Positions 29,536 through 39,564 of a DNA stretch of 64,000 nt are shown here, piece by piece. Location: NCBI GenBank assembly GCA_965222605.1, contig OZ244960.1, forward strand, positions 3,264,001-3,328,000, given 5' to 3'. The position numbers were made by a program, and so were the translations under genes. Each line of letters starts with the position of its first letter. Within the stretch, counting starts at the first letter, position 1. Below the pieces are notes generated by a model. That model did not search any database. It saw only the letters and a list, made by a program, of their open reading frames with translations, and was not told the DNA's origin. The DNA comes from Candidatus Latescibacterota bacterium (lineage in GTDB: Bacteria > Latescibacterota > UBA2968).

Positions 29536-31580
29536 TATTTTACTTCAAAAACGGTTTTTCCAACACCCACGTTGCCCAGTGCATCTTCCGCTTTCACTAC
29601 GAGTGTATAAGAGCCGGCTTTCAGATTTTGAATAGAAAAATTCAGTGTCTCTATCGGCGAATCAAAAATTTGGTCAGTGGGAAAGACCACCTTCCAATCG
29701 TCGGAATTGAGTGAGTACGCTGCCTTGTGAATCGCAGTGGCAGCATCTTGAATTGAACCGGTTACACTCACCTTTTTGTCGGTCTGCCTTATGTTGTGCA
29801 ATTGCACAGTTGGTGCCGAATTATCAATGTCAAAGGGCGCACTGACCGCTTCGGCTGTTAATTCGAGGGGATTGTCCAATCGGTCTGATGCAATGACCTT
29901 GACTTCGACTGTGCCATCGGGAACAGCTTCGGTGTGCCAATAATAATGTGAGGCCTTCAAATCGTCTTTTAATAGCCGCCAGTGCGATTCGCCAATACTT
30001 CTAAAATACAGGGTATAAATCAAGGTGTCGTCGTTGGCATCACCAGCAGTCCAATCAATTTTCCACACGCCTTTTTCCATAAACTCCGGGTTTTCATCTT
30101 CGTTGCCAGACAGGTCGGTCTCGGCTTTAATCCGCAATATTCTGGGATGAACATTGTCCTGCAAGCCCGCGAGTCTGATAGAACGCACCAGAGGTGTCGC
30201 ATTTTCCGATCGCGTCTTCAAGACCAACCGATATTGCAAAAAGCGCCCCGGGCGACTGGTAATGGATTTTCCCGATGTGGTGATTGGCTCTGACCACGCG
30301 CTCCATGTATCATCGGGTTCTTCACTGTTGCCGGACCGCGTTTGAATAGCGACCGATGTTTCTGACGGTGTTTCGCTTTGCCAGGATACGCGCCCCCAAT
30401 GCGATACCCGGTCAAAGTCATAAGGTTCGGAAGTGAGTTGCCCTTCCACAGCAAATCCTTTTTCTATTCGATAAATCTCACCTGATCCACTGCATCCAAT
30501 CCACAATGCGTCTTTGTGCGCGGCAACCATAACCCAGGGATTTACATTTTTTAATACTGCGAGCAAAGTGGCGTTGCCATCGGGCCAAACGCGATGCACG
30601 CGGCCGTGTTTTCCCGTGACCAATTTTACTGTTCCATTGGCATCTATTACAGAATCCAACAACATCGGGTCATCGGTGTTCCACAGTCGCATTGCCGATC
30701 CCGAAGGTCGGATCGCATACAGTGTTGCGCCGGATTGATCTGCCCCTTTTTGCTCTCTCCCATTTCCTTCCGTCCGACCGCTTTGTGCCATCGCTGTCGC
30801 ATAAATTGTGCGATCGGGCCCTACACTTAGCGAGTGAATCTCTTTTTCACGGGCATCGTAAAGCACATCTGCACCGCCTTGATCGCGCACCCGATAAATT
30901 AGGCCGCTGTTATCTGTGCCCGCATAAACCTCACCCTGAGCACCCAGCGCGAGCGATACCACATTGGGGTCCTTGCTCGCGTAGAGCGCGACGACTTTGC
31001 CCTGTTTGTCAATTTTCAAAATGCGTCCGCGGTCACCACCTGTACCCGCGTATAATCCACCGCCCGGACGCGCGATTAGTGCAAATACATGGCGATCGCC
31101 TGTCTGACAAAATTCCGTGGGTTCTCGTCCCGGTTCGATGCGATAAATCAGCCCGCCCGGCGATGTGCCTGCGTAAATAGCACCATCTGCGCCAATAGCG
31201 AGGCTAAAAATGTGAACTTCGGAGGAATCAAATTCGGAGGAATCAAATAACAATTCTGCCCGATCACTATCGGGTTTGAGCATGTAAATTCGACCTTTGT
31301 TACCGGTTCCGATATACAGGGTTCTGTTCGCATCCACAGATAGTGCCCACACAAAGTCTTCACCTGTATCTGCTACCATTTTATAAGCTGGTGCCAATGT
31401 CACCGTACCTTCTTGTGTGAGCGACACGCCATTGGGTTCTCCTTTCAGGAAAGCCGTCTGTGAATCTTCTCGCCAAATTTTGGGCGAGACCGCCTCGGCG
31501 ATTGTCCCAAGGAAAACAAAAAGCAGCACATGTGTGATACCTGTCTTCAATATTTTATTGCTTCTGTTCACCCGAACCAC
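29535..31580 (-). CDS. Exported beta-propeller protein with C-terminal Ig/FN3-like domains
   Basis: Signal peptide; repeated LAIGADGAIYAGTSPGGLIYRI blades; TRSGNSEEPDDTWSAWS. Confidence 0.8.
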   Translation of the reverse strand: MVRVNRSNKILKTGITHVLLFVFLGTIAEAVSPKIWREDSQTAFLKGEPNGVSLTQEGTVTLAPAYKMVADTGEDFVWALSVDANRTLYIGTGNKGRIYMLKPDSDRAELLFDSSEFDSSEVHIFSLAIGADGAIYAGTSPGGLIYRIEPGREPTEFCQTGDRHVFALIARPGGGLYAGTGGDRGRILKIDKQGKVVALYASKDPNVVSLALGAQGEVYAGTDNSGLIYRVRDQGGADVLYDAREKEIHSLSVGPDRTIYATAMAQSGRTEGNGREQKGADQSGATLYAIRPSGSAMRLWNTDDPMLLDSVIDANGTVKLVTGKHGRVHRVWPDGNATLLAVLKNVNPWVMVAAHKDALWIGCSGSGEIYRIEKGFAVEGQLTSEPYDFDRVSHWGRVSWQSETPSETSVAIQTRSGNSEEPDDTWSAWSEPITTSGKSITSRPGRFLQYRLVLKTRSENATPLVRSIRLAGLQDNVHPRILRIKAETDLSGNEDENPEFMEKGVWKIDWTAGDANDDTLIYTLYFRSIGESHWRLLKDDLKASHYYWHTEAVPDGTVEVKVIASDRLDNPLELTAEAVSAPFDIDNSAPTVQLHNIRQTDKKVSVTGSIQDAATAIHKAAYSLNSDDWKVVFPTDQIFDSPIETLNFSIQNLKAGSYTLVVKAEDALGNVGVGKTVFEVK
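31218..31247. repeat. Perfect 15-bp tandem duplication (FDSSE x2)
   Basis: TTCGGAGGAATCAAA repeated twice, in frame. Confidence 0.9.
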
Positions 31581-33330
31581 TCCTCCCTAAAAAAGTTGCT
31601 CTACCATCTTTGCCCACGACCAGAATCGCCGTCTGACTACCGGTCAATACATAATCGGTCATCAGATGTTTTTGACCATATACCGACTGCTGTAATTTTT
31701 GCACGACATCTGATCCACGAGCCAGTGATAGTGCTGACATGACCGATGTGGGCAATCCCGAAATTTCGCGTCCGCCCATTGTCACGCCGGGGCGGGAAGC
31801 TACAAAGCGCGCAACGAGCACATCATTGCGCCCCGATTTCTCAATCAGACCAATCAATTCTTCCAGTGTTTTGGGTTGATAAGCGATACGCTTTATATCT
31901 TGCAATCGCTGTTGGCGCTCATTTACAACCTGCAATATCAAACGCCCTGGTGTTATAAACTCGGGGATTGGCAGGGCGATATCTACGATCTCGCGCTTGC
32001 CCAGCAACGGAGCCAGGGCAACAGAGACATGTACTGTATCGCCCGGTTCGTAGTGCAAACGATCCAATCGCAGCCCCTCGATATGCGCACTTTGTGTGTA
32101 CTCCTCAACGGATAACTGAAACACAGCCGAGTCAATATTGGCTTCGACAAAGGGATTCTGAATCACTTGTGCAAGGGGTTGTGTTAAGCCCAGCACCGCC
32201 AACCCGAGTCCCTGAGCACCTGCGTACTTATTTTTTATAATCATGGGTTCGCGTTTGGGCATGTGCAATGTCAATTGTCCTACAACAGTGGTTTCACCCG
32301 TCAATTTCTCAGCGGAGATAACAGAGGTCGCTACAGCCATCCGCACCAGCAATGGGCCTAATTCTCTGTGGCGAAATACTTCCATATTAAACGAAGCGTC
32401 GTGGTCGGAAGATACGACAGAGATACGCACGGGCATCATTTCTGCTTCGGACCCTATTACGCCAGCAATGCCCGGTGCGCGATCTTGTAAAATCACACCG
32501 ATATGTCGCGATGCAGTGCCCACCTTAAACGAAAGCATCTGGCTGGAAATCACTTCGTGAATAAATGCTGCGGTCATAGCCATAGCTGTGCGACCACCAA
32601 ATAACAGGGGATGCCCAAATCCCACTACCTTATCACCTACGCGATGTGTCAGCGTGCCAATACCCGTGACACTGAGATCGCCCCGAACCAATTGTACACC
32701 CAAAGGCGCGCCCGGTTCAAATGCACCGACAGACAGGGATGGGTCTGTTCCACCGCCACCCTGCATGGGCAATAGGCCGTATTTTGACAATTCTTCGCGA
32801 AATTCCGCGACTACTTGCGGGGCAAATCCCGAAAGCATCAACGGTATAGATACGGGTTTTAGCACACCGCCATGTACACCAGCTATTTGTCCATCCCACG
32901 GCGCAGATCCAAATGTCGCGCTCGAGGACAGGGTGTCACGCGATGTGCGTTGGAGCACAGTCATCATTTCGCCAATTGGCGTGATCCCCGCAATTGGCTC
33001 TTTGGCGAATGCACCAATGCTGTAGCCGACTGCACCGACGAGTTTGCCTTCGATATATACCGGACTGCCACTCATGCCGGCGATGACGCCAGTTTGCGCC
33101 ATGGGACCGCCGGATAGCCGGGCGAGAATCATATCGCTTTTTGGACCAAAAACATTGCGTAAGACACCTAAAATTTCAACGCCAAATGTATCGATGCGGG
33201 TGCCTTGAAATACCGTGCGGCCGACGCCTTTCATGCCGCGCTGGATATCATCTACGGACATGTACAACTCGGCGCAACTCGATCCATATAGCATGCAGAT
33301 CGTAAAAAATGTCAAAAATCGAGAAAGCAT
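31555..33330 (-). CDS. SpoIVB-like peptidase S55 domain protein
   Basis: GVIAGMSGSPVYIEGKLVGAV catalytic-Ser motif, GFGHP, signal peptide. Confidence 0.88.
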   Translation of the reverse strand: MLSRFLTFFTICMLYGSSCAELYMSVDDIQRGMKGVGRTVFQGTRIDTFGVEILGVLRNVFGPKSDMILARLSGGPMAQTGVIAGMSGSPVYIEGKLVGAVGYSIGAFAKEPIAGITPIGEMMTVLQRTSRDTLSSSATFGSAPWDGQIAGVHGGVLKPVSIPLMLSGFAPQVVAEFREELSKYGLLPMQGGGGTDPSLSVGAFEPGAPLGVQLVRGDLSVTGIGTLTHRVGDKVVGFGHPLLFGGRTAMAMTAAFIHEVISSQMLSFKVGTASRHIGVILQDRAPGIAGVIGSEAEMMPVRISVVSSDHDASFNMEVFRHRELGPLLVRMAVATSVISAEKLTGETTVVGQLTLHMPKREPMIIKNKYAGAQGLGLAVLGLTQPLAQVIQNPFVEANIDSAVFQLSVEEYTQSAHIEGLRLDRLHYEPGDTVHVSVALAPLLGKREIVDIALPIPEFITPGRLILQVVNERQQRLQDIKRIAYQPKTLEELIGLIEKSGRNDVLVARFVASRPGVTMGGREISGLPTSVMSALSLARGSDVVQKLQQSVYGQKHLMTDYVLTGSQTAILVVGKDGRATFLGRSGSGEQKQ

Positions 33331-33450
33331 GCGTTCACTTCCGCGTATAATGGGTGAATAGAAAGTTTTTGCATCTTGTTATTATACCGTTTTTTGGGGC
33401 GGTGAACAAGTTTCTTGTAAAACATATCAAATCTACGTATAATGGCAAAT

Positions 33451-33921
33451 ATGCAGATCACTTTGATCACTGTGGGCAAGTTCAAAGACGCCTGTTATCG
33501 AGACGCCGCACAAAATTATATCAAACGGCTGAAACACTACGTCGCTTATGATGAAATTGAAGTGCGGGAAGAGCGCGGTGGCAAAAATGCCCGTGTGTCT
33601 GATATTATCGAAAAAGAAGGCCATCGCCTTTTAAGCGCGCTGCATCCAGATGCCACAGTGGTTGCTCTTGGGCCTTCTGGCAAATTGTGTCGTTCTGAAG
33701 CCTTAGCTAAACGCTTGACAAATCTGCGCGTACAAAGAAAAAGCCGCCTCATTTTTCTCATTGGCGGCCCCTTTGGGCTTGCATCTCGAGTTTTGTCGCG
33801 TGCAGATTGGCACCTGTCTCTTTCACCTATGACCTTTCCGCACGAATTGGCGCGTGTTATCTTGCTGGAACAACTCTATCGCGCCTTCACGATTATTAGA
33901 GGTGAAAATTACCACAAATAA
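33451..33921 (+). CDS. rlmH: 23S rRNA m3Psi1915 methyltransferase
   Basis: FLIGGPFG, SLSPMTFPHELARVILLEQLYRA and terminal YHK. Confidence 0.95.
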   Translation: MQITLITVGKFKDACYRDAAQNYIKRLKHYVAYDEIEVREERGGKNARVSDIIEKEGHRLLSALHPDATVVALGPSGKLCRSEALAKRLTNLRVQRKSRLIFLIGGPFGLASRVLSRADWHLSLSPMTFPHELARVILLEQLYRAFTIIRGENYHK

Positions 33922-33924
33922 AAA

Positions 33925-34205
33925 GTCTGAAAACCGCTCGAAATCAGCCCGGGGGCAAACGACTCACACAGCCTGGGAGAGATGATTCCGCAGAGAATCC
34001 GGCTACGTTAAGTCAACTCGCCCCCGGGTTTTAACATGTCAAAACCAAAATGGCGTGTTTACTAATTCAAATGTATGGTAGAGAGAATAGGAACGGGGGA
34101 GTTCAGATAAGCAATTCAACACTCAGATGACTGAAGAAAATCCGATGGGGAACCGGTGTCATCTGCTTGTTTCAGGGGATCAACAAGTGCTTACCGCAAA
34201 GACGG
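33925..34205 (-). ncRNA. Candidate structured small RNA with multiple UCCC motifs
   Basis: Own promoter, no ORF >=60 aa, several long stems (CCCGGGGGC/GCCCCCGGG; CAGATGAC/GTCATCTG; CTTGTT/AACAAG; GGTAAGCA/TGCTTATC). Confidence 0.5.
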
Positions 34206-34209
34206 CATT

Positions 34210-34238
34210 AAGATAAGCCATTGTTTTTATTAAGTCAA
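34210..34238 (-). promoter_or_regulatory. Sigma70-type promoter firing into the ORF-free region
   Basis: TTGACT-N17-TATCTT with an A-rich upstream tract. Confidence 0.6.
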
Positions 34239-34405
34239 GATTACTTTTTTTTTATTTGATATGCGCCAGATATTGTGTATCTGGTCATCAGGTGCCACAG
34301 CCCAATGTGGTCCAAACACATCTTTTACAACCTGTGTGACTTCAAATCGGCCAGGTTCAGATTGTGTAGTTAATCCAATTAAACACACGTTTGTGTCTAT
34401 AGACT

Positions 34406-35698
34406 TTATCTTTCATTCATTTTTTTTCGAAATAATCGCGTGTACACGGTCGGTTCTTCAAAAATCCCTCCGCTTTGATCGTAGTAGTTCTCATCCAATA
34501 CAAATGCACCGCCTCGGGGTCGCAACCACGATGCATCCGGCATCGGAAATTCTGAGAGCATGCGGTCCCATGTTCCATAGTTTTCCGGACCATTAGATTC
34601 CATCAATCCCCCTTTCACACCCGGGAATGCGGGCAGTCGCGCAGCTACATTTTTGTTCCATTCCACCAGCACGGGCACACACGCATTATCTGCTACAAAA
34701 CACGGCACATTAGATAGTATTGCTGCTTCGATCATGCGAAAAGCCAATGACAGGGTTTTACCCGCAGGTTTGATCGCCATGGCACCATATCCCTGCTCCA
34801 AACGGGTGTTCACATCCGCAACGGTTTCAATGCTTTCATCCCCTGCAAAACGAGCAGGCAAGCCGTGTACATCGATATCTGCCGGGCGTGAGAAAGGCTC
34901 TTCAATCAGGACAATGCGATCCAGAATACCTTTGTGTTCCGCATGATCTAATAAGCGCGCCATGCTGTCTTTTTTGCCATAACGACCATTGGCATCGAGA
35001 TAATAGAGCACATGGCCCGAGTCGGTCATTTCCGTTTCGTACTGAGATGCCAGACTGTGAATCTGCGACAGACAGGCCATGTCTTTTTCAACCATTTCGG
35101 CTTCATCCCCAGGATGCCCAATTTTGATTTTTAGTATGTATGCCCCGCTATCTAAAATCGCCCGCAATTCATCAATGGGCAGGATATAACTCACCGCGGG
35201 TACAAGCGCGACATGCGATTGGCGATGAGATAAAAATGAGCGAAATTTTTCTGGAATTAAGGCATCGAATGTCGCTAATCCCATCCGCTTTGCATACAAA
35301 GTCCATGCGGCGTTGTCCAGTGCTACCAGCGCAATCAGTGCAAATGTTCGGCGCAAATCCCCATGGCCTGTGATGGCTTTGGCATAAGAAAAGGCCTCGT
35401 TTTCAACAACGTCGAATAATGCCATTGGGTCGGCAAATTCTCGCCCTTTGACATTCTGTAGTGCAAATTCCAGAAGAGACGCTTGGAGCAAATTGCCGCC
35501 CATTTCCGTATGTGCAGCAAATACCGCAGCGTCTGACCACAGCACGGCCAGACCGCCTATCCCAAAAGCCTCATATCCATCGGCATCTTTTAAACGCACG
35601 ACGAGATTCCACTTTTCGTGAAAAGCCGATCCCTTAAACGCAAAGGGTCGCGCGAATGGCTCGCGCTGAATTTCTAAATCTGTTTCGACAATTTGCAT
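34406..35698 (-). CDS. Enolase-superfamily protein (L-Ala-D/L-Glu epimerase-like)
   Basis: KIK motif and metal ligands LDANG / IEEP / GDES, plus AIKP. Confidence 0.8.
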   Translation of the reverse strand: MQIVETDLEIQREPFARPFAFKGSAFHEKWNLVVRLKDADGYEAFGIGGLAVLWSDAAVFAAHTEMGGNLLQASLLEFALQNVKGREFADPMALFDVVENEAFSYAKAITGHGDLRRTFALIALVALDNAAWTLYAKRMGLATFDALIPEKFRSFLSHRQSHVALVPAVSYILPIDELRAILDSGAYILKIKIGHPGDEAEMVEKDMACLSQIHSLASQYETEMTDSGHVLYYLDANGRYGKKDSMARLLDHAEHKGILDRIVLIEEPFSRPADIDVHGLPARFAGDESIETVADVNTRLEQGYGAMAIKPAGKTLSLAFRMIEAAILSNVPCFVADNACVPVLVEWNKNVAARLPAFPGVKGGLMESNGPENYGTWDRMLSEFPMPDASWLRPRGGAFVLDENYYDQSGGIFEEPTVYTRLFRKKMNER

Positions 35699-35718
35699 AT
35701 CTTGTATCCTTTGAATCG

Positions 35719-35791
35719 GGGGACGGTCCCTGTGCCGTCCCCTACACGGACACGATCATTGGATGTAGGGGCGGTGTCCCCGTGCCCGCCC
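35719..35791. repeat. Pair of GTAG-type REP-like palindromes
   Basis: GGGGACGGTCCCTGTGCCGTCCCCTAC and GTAGGGGCGGTGTCCCCGTGCCCGCCC. Confidence 0.75.
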
Positions 35792-35818
35792 GTTTAATTG
35801 ACATCACGGATAATACCC

Positions 35819-36448
35819 ATGCCCAACGCGATTTGCAAGCCCTACATAGTTGGTATTGCCGGAGGCACCGGCGCGGGTAAGACTACACTTGCCCACATAC
35901 TGTTTGATCATCTCGGTGAAGACCGTGCTATAGGCATTGCCCACGATGCGTATTATCGCGACTTTGCCCATGTCCCGGCAGGCCAGCGCGCGCAAATTAA
36001 TTTTGATCATCCCGATGCACTCGAAACAGATTTGCTGGTCCAACACCTTCAGGCACTATCCCGCGGAGAAACCGTATTGATACCAGCGTATGATTTTACC
36101 ACCCATTCCCGCACTTCTGAAACCCTTGAGATATCCCCTCGGCCCGTTATTATTGTGGAAGGTATTCTCGTATTGGTCGAACAAATACTGCGCGATGTCC
36201 TGAATTTGAAAATTTTTGTGGATACTCCGCCAGATATCCGCTTGATTCGTCGCGTCAACCGCGATGTTAATGAACGCGGGCGCACTCCTGAATCCGTTAC
36301 CCATCAGTACCTCGAAACTGTGCGCCCCATGCACGATACTTATGTCGAACCGTCCCGCAAATATGCCGATCTCATCGTTTGCGGAGATCGCGATTTTGCC
36401 ATTGCCGCGGATTTGATTTTGGGACACCTATATACCATTCTTGATTGA
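35819..36448 (+). CDS. udk: Uridine kinase
   Basis: GIAGGTGAGKTT, HDAYYRD, NFDHPDA, IIVEGIL and RRVNRDVNERGR. Confidence 0.93.
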   Translation: MPNAICKPYIVGIAGGTGAGKTTLAHILFDHLGEDRAIGIAHDAYYRDFAHVPAGQRAQINFDHPDALETDLLVQHLQALSRGETVLIPAYDFTTHSRTSETLEISPRPVIIVEGILVLVEQILRDVLNLKIFVDTPPDIRLIRRVNRDVNERGRTPESVTHQYLETVRPMHDTYVEPSRKYADLIVCGDRDFAIAADLILGHLYTILD

Positions 36449-36449
36449 T

Positions 36450-36482
36450 AAAAAAAGGGGAGACCTTTTAAGGTCTCCCCCC
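36450..36482. terminator. Terminator between convergent genes
   Basis: AAAAAAGGGGAGACCTT-tt-AAGGTCTCCCC. Confidence 0.8.
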
Positions 36483-36556
36483 TCGCCTGGTCGCATCTGG
36501 TCAACCACGCCACGAAGCAAACCAGAAATGCCGACCCGGATCGAGAATTGAATAAT

Positions 36557-37285
36557 TTACCGCGAAAAGCCGATGCTCACGCCCCCCCAAATAGTGCGGT
36601 TGTCGGGATTGATTTTTGTATCGGCATAAGAAAATCCAATGGTTGGCGCAATCGCAATTGAGCAAGCATTACAACTGAGAGAAGCCGTAACCGTGACATC
36701 GTTAAAACCCGTTTTATCTTCGTAATTGCTCATGGCAACACTTGCACCAATGCTCAACACTTGCCCATCTTCTGAACCGAGCGGAATGTCATAGCCAGTT
36801 GACAAAGACACATACCATGCCTCGACCAGACCAAAATCGTAATAAAATGTCACTGCAGGTGATATGGCATTATCCAGAGAAATCCCGATATAAGCTTCTT
36901 GTGAGAGATTTGAGTCTTCAGACGCACTGGGAAATACATATTGGATATACCCAATTGAAATGCCCAGGCCCATATCTTCGCTCAAGGACCTCGAATAATC
37001 GGCATAAAAGTCAAGTTCATCGACATTTTGGGTTTGTGCATCGGGATTTCTGTCATTAATGCGGTCCTGCACAAACCACGATCCCCACCCGCCTACCGTC
37101 AATCCCGTTTCACCGAATCCCACCTCAATACCCGGCTGGGCCACAATTCTGTCATCGGCCCCAATCACATAACCACGCCAAATATATCCCGTATAGCTGT
37201 CCAGAGTCACACTGACCGACATCTGAGCGTTTGCGGGGGCAGCCAGCAAAATTCCTGCAAGCAAAAAGCCACATAACTTCTTCAT
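36557..37285 (-). CDS. Outer-membrane beta-barrel protein (TorF/Gcw_chp-like porin)
   Basis: Signal peptide ending APANA; YIWRG, ELDFYADYS and GYIQYVFP motifs; C-terminal alternating strand ending GVSIGF. Confidence 0.75.
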   Translation of the reverse strand: MKKLCGFLLAGILLAAPANAQMSVSVTLDSYTGYIWRGYVIGADDRIVAQPGIEVGFGETGLTVGGWGSWFVQDRINDRNPDAQTQNVDELDFYADYSRSLSEDMGLGISIGYIQYVFPSASEDSNLSQEAYIGISLDNAISPAVTFYYDFGLVEAWYVSLSTGYDIPLGSEDGQVLSIGASVAMSNYEDKTGFNDVTVTASLSCNACSIAIAPTIGFSYADTKINPDNRTIWGGVSIGFSR

Positions 37286-37535
37286 AAGTTCCTCCTGATG
37301 AGTTTGTAATTCGTGGTGCATTATGACCTGTATGCAGAACTTCGTGGCGTACACACAGACCATATTTTGGTTTTTGAAGCCTGCGCTTTCAGTTTTCCAT
37401 TTGCTCCTTTCTATAATATATGAGAGAGATGTTTCATTGGGATTTCTTAAACATAAAAAAAAATGAAATAAAAAATAAAAATGCGCCCAATGTTTCAAAC
37501 GTGTAAACGGCACACTTTTTATTTTTTAGAAGGTA

Positions 37536-39287
37536 CTAAAAATAATAAATCAGATAAATTGCGAGAAAAATGATTGCAATAAGCACATTGCTTTGCGACA
37601 ACCACGAGCGGCCAAATAATCCTCTATTATCGTGTCGCCCTCGAACACCCGTAAGGAGCTTTCGAATCAATGCTTTTCCACTATAAAAAAAGGCATTGAC
37701 GAGTGATCCGCCTGTGCGGACAATGGCGCGAATACCTTTGGGTAAAGCGCGTCGATAAATCCAGTCGGAGTCGAGATTTACACCGGGCAATTCGGAAGGG
37801 TGCGTGCCTATCAATAGAAGTATCCCGACAATACCTCGCTTCATCCGCGTTTCCAGAGATATATCGATTTCACTCGTCAACATCAGTACCACAAATGCCA
37901 GTACCGCGAAGAAGACCAGTTGAAGTTGGAGCACGACATGGGTCGTGGTATAGGGCACGTAATCTACGGGATGCGGCAACAGGTTGTAGAGCAGCGGTGG
38001 ATAGGAGCCTATGACGATACAGAGTATGGCTGAGATCGTCATGGCGATCCGCATGTTGAGGGGTGCTTCGCGACAGCGAATCCCGGCGTCGTGCGCAAAG
38101 AATGAAAAAAATGGAATTTTGACGCCTGCGTGGTGAAGCACGCCCGCCGATGCAAATAAGAGCACCAGCCAGATTGTCACAGCACCGCTGTCGGCAACGC
38201 CCTGCATGACCATGGACTTGCTGACAAACGCGTTGAACAGGGGTATTGCGGATATGGATGCAGCGCCTATAATACAGCAGGCACAGGTCCAGGGCATGGA
38301 TTTGTAAAGGCCGCCCAGTTGCGAGGCATTGATACGCCCGGTGCGATGCAAGACAGCGCCCATGGACATGAATAGCAACCCTTTGAAGAGCACGTCATTG
38401 AAGGCATGCGATACTGCGCCGTTAATTCCCAGCGCGCCTCCGATGCCAATGCCTACGACCATAAATCCGATCTGGTTGATCATGCTGTAGCTCAACACGC
38501 GGCGCATATCGTTTTCGATAGCTGCATAGAAAATTGGAAATATAGTCATGATCGCGCCGATGTAGATGAGTAGTTCTTCTCCGGCAAATCCGCGCGCGAG
38601 GGCATAAACAGCGGCTTTGGTCGTAAATGCACTCAGAAATACCGTGCCCACGGGCGTGGATTCTGGATAGGCGTCGATCAGCCAGTTGTGGAACAGGGGA
38701 AAGGCGCATTTGATTCCAAAGGCTAAAAATATCAGGTAGTGATGTCCCTCATTTAGTCCGATGTGATCAAAAGCAAGGGATTTTGTGTTCAAATAGTAGA
38801 ACACCGCGCCGAGCAGGAGTAGCAAGCCCGACGAGATGTGCATGACCAGATAGCGCATTCCTGACCGCAGTACACGCTCACCACCGCGCGCCCACACGAG
38901 GAATACCGATGTAATTGCCAGCAATTCCCAGAAGATGAATAGTGTGATCAGGTCACCGGCAAATACCGCCCCAACCGCCGATCCCGCATAGATCAATGCC
39001 GTGCCGATCTGCAACCGGTCTTTGAGATGTAGCGCGTAAATTGCGCCGATAAAAGCCGCCAGATGGAACAGGTATCCAAATAGCATACTCAAGCGGTCCG
39101 CACGCAGTACGGTCAGTTCGTAGCCGCCCCAGGTGATGTGCCACAGGGTGCCATCGGCAATGGTCAGCAGGTTTAAAAATCCGAGCACGGGCAAGCATAC
39201 CGACACGATGCGGCGCGGTGTGGTTGGCAATGCAAATAACAACAGTCCGCCCGCCAGCAGGATCAGTGCGGGATGAACCTCACTCAT
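37536..39287 (-). CDS. mrpD: Mrp Na+/H+ antiporter subunit D-like (third copy)
   Basis: FIFWELL, HNWLIDAYPE, FTTKAAVY, RVLSYS and KGLLFM motifs. Confidence 0.88.
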   Translation of the reverse strand: MSEVHPALILLAGGLLLFALPTTPRRIVSVCLPVLGFLNLLTIADGTLWHITWGGYELTVLRADRLSMLFGYLFHLAAFIGAIYALHLKDRLQIGTALIYAGSAVGAVFAGDLITLFIFWELLAITSVFLVWARGGERVLRSGMRYLVMHISSGLLLLLGAVFYYLNTKSLAFDHIGLNEGHHYLIFLAFGIKCAFPLFHNWLIDAYPESTPVGTVFLSAFTTKAAVYALARGFAGEELLIYIGAIMTIFPIFYAAIENDMRRVLSYSMINQIGFMVVGIGIGGALGINGAVSHAFNDVLFKGLLFMSMGAVLHRTGRINASQLGGLYKSMPWTCACCIIGAASISAIPLFNAFVSKSMVMQGVADSGAVTIWLVLLFASAGVLHHAGVKIPFFSFFAHDAGIRCREAPLNMRIAMTISAILCIVIGSYPPLLYNLLPHPVDYVPYTTTHVVLQLQLVFFAVLAFVVLMLTSEIDISLETRMKRGIVGILLLIGTHPSELPGVNLDSDWIYRRALPKGIRAIVRTGGSLVNAFFYSGKALIRKLLTGVRGRHDNRGLFGRSWLSQSNVLIAIIFLAIYLIYYF

Positions 39288-39564
39288 CGTAATAGTCCTC
39301 CGACCGCAGCAGCTTTTTTCTTAAGAGTATGGAGCCCCAGACGATTAATAAATAAGCGACAAATCCGTAAATGGCGTAAAATCCAAATCGGCCTTCAATT
39401 GGCAACTCGCCTTCGGCAAAAGTCAAGTGCCGATGCACGATGAGGTCGGTCAGGATCAACAACGCACACCATACCAAAAAGCCCAGGATCAACCAGCGCA
39501 CGGCCCCGAGATGGGCCAAAAAGCCCCGATGTTCATTCTGTTTTGGGGATTCGGGATGGTTCAT
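39280..39564 (-). CDS. Small 2-TM protein in the Mrp operon
   Basis: GFYAIYGFVA..LLRSEDYYDE; overlaps both neighbours. Confidence 0.75.
   Translation of the reverse strand: MNHPESPKQNEHRGFLAHLGAVRWLILGFLVWCALLILTDLIVHRHLTFAEGELPIEGRFGFYAIYGFVAYLLIVWGSILLRKKLLRSEDYYDE

Noticed and set aside
33331-33450. FMN riboswitch upstream of the rib-containing operon
   Set aside because: The spacer is only ~120 bp, AT-rich and lacks RFN consensus segments
33925-34205. Identification as SRP RNA, tmRNA, RNase P, 6S or tRNA
   Set aside because: No SRP GGAA/AGCAG loop, no tRNA-like ends and no end-to-end 6S rod recognised; left as unknown RNA
33900-34400. rlmH 3' end as an integration site (SCCmec/orfX-like)
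   Set aside because: No recombinase, cargo or duplicated att sequence is visible
35719-35791. Possible mini-CRISPR array
   Set aside because: Only two non-identical palindromes, no regular spacers and no cas genes; fits REP elements
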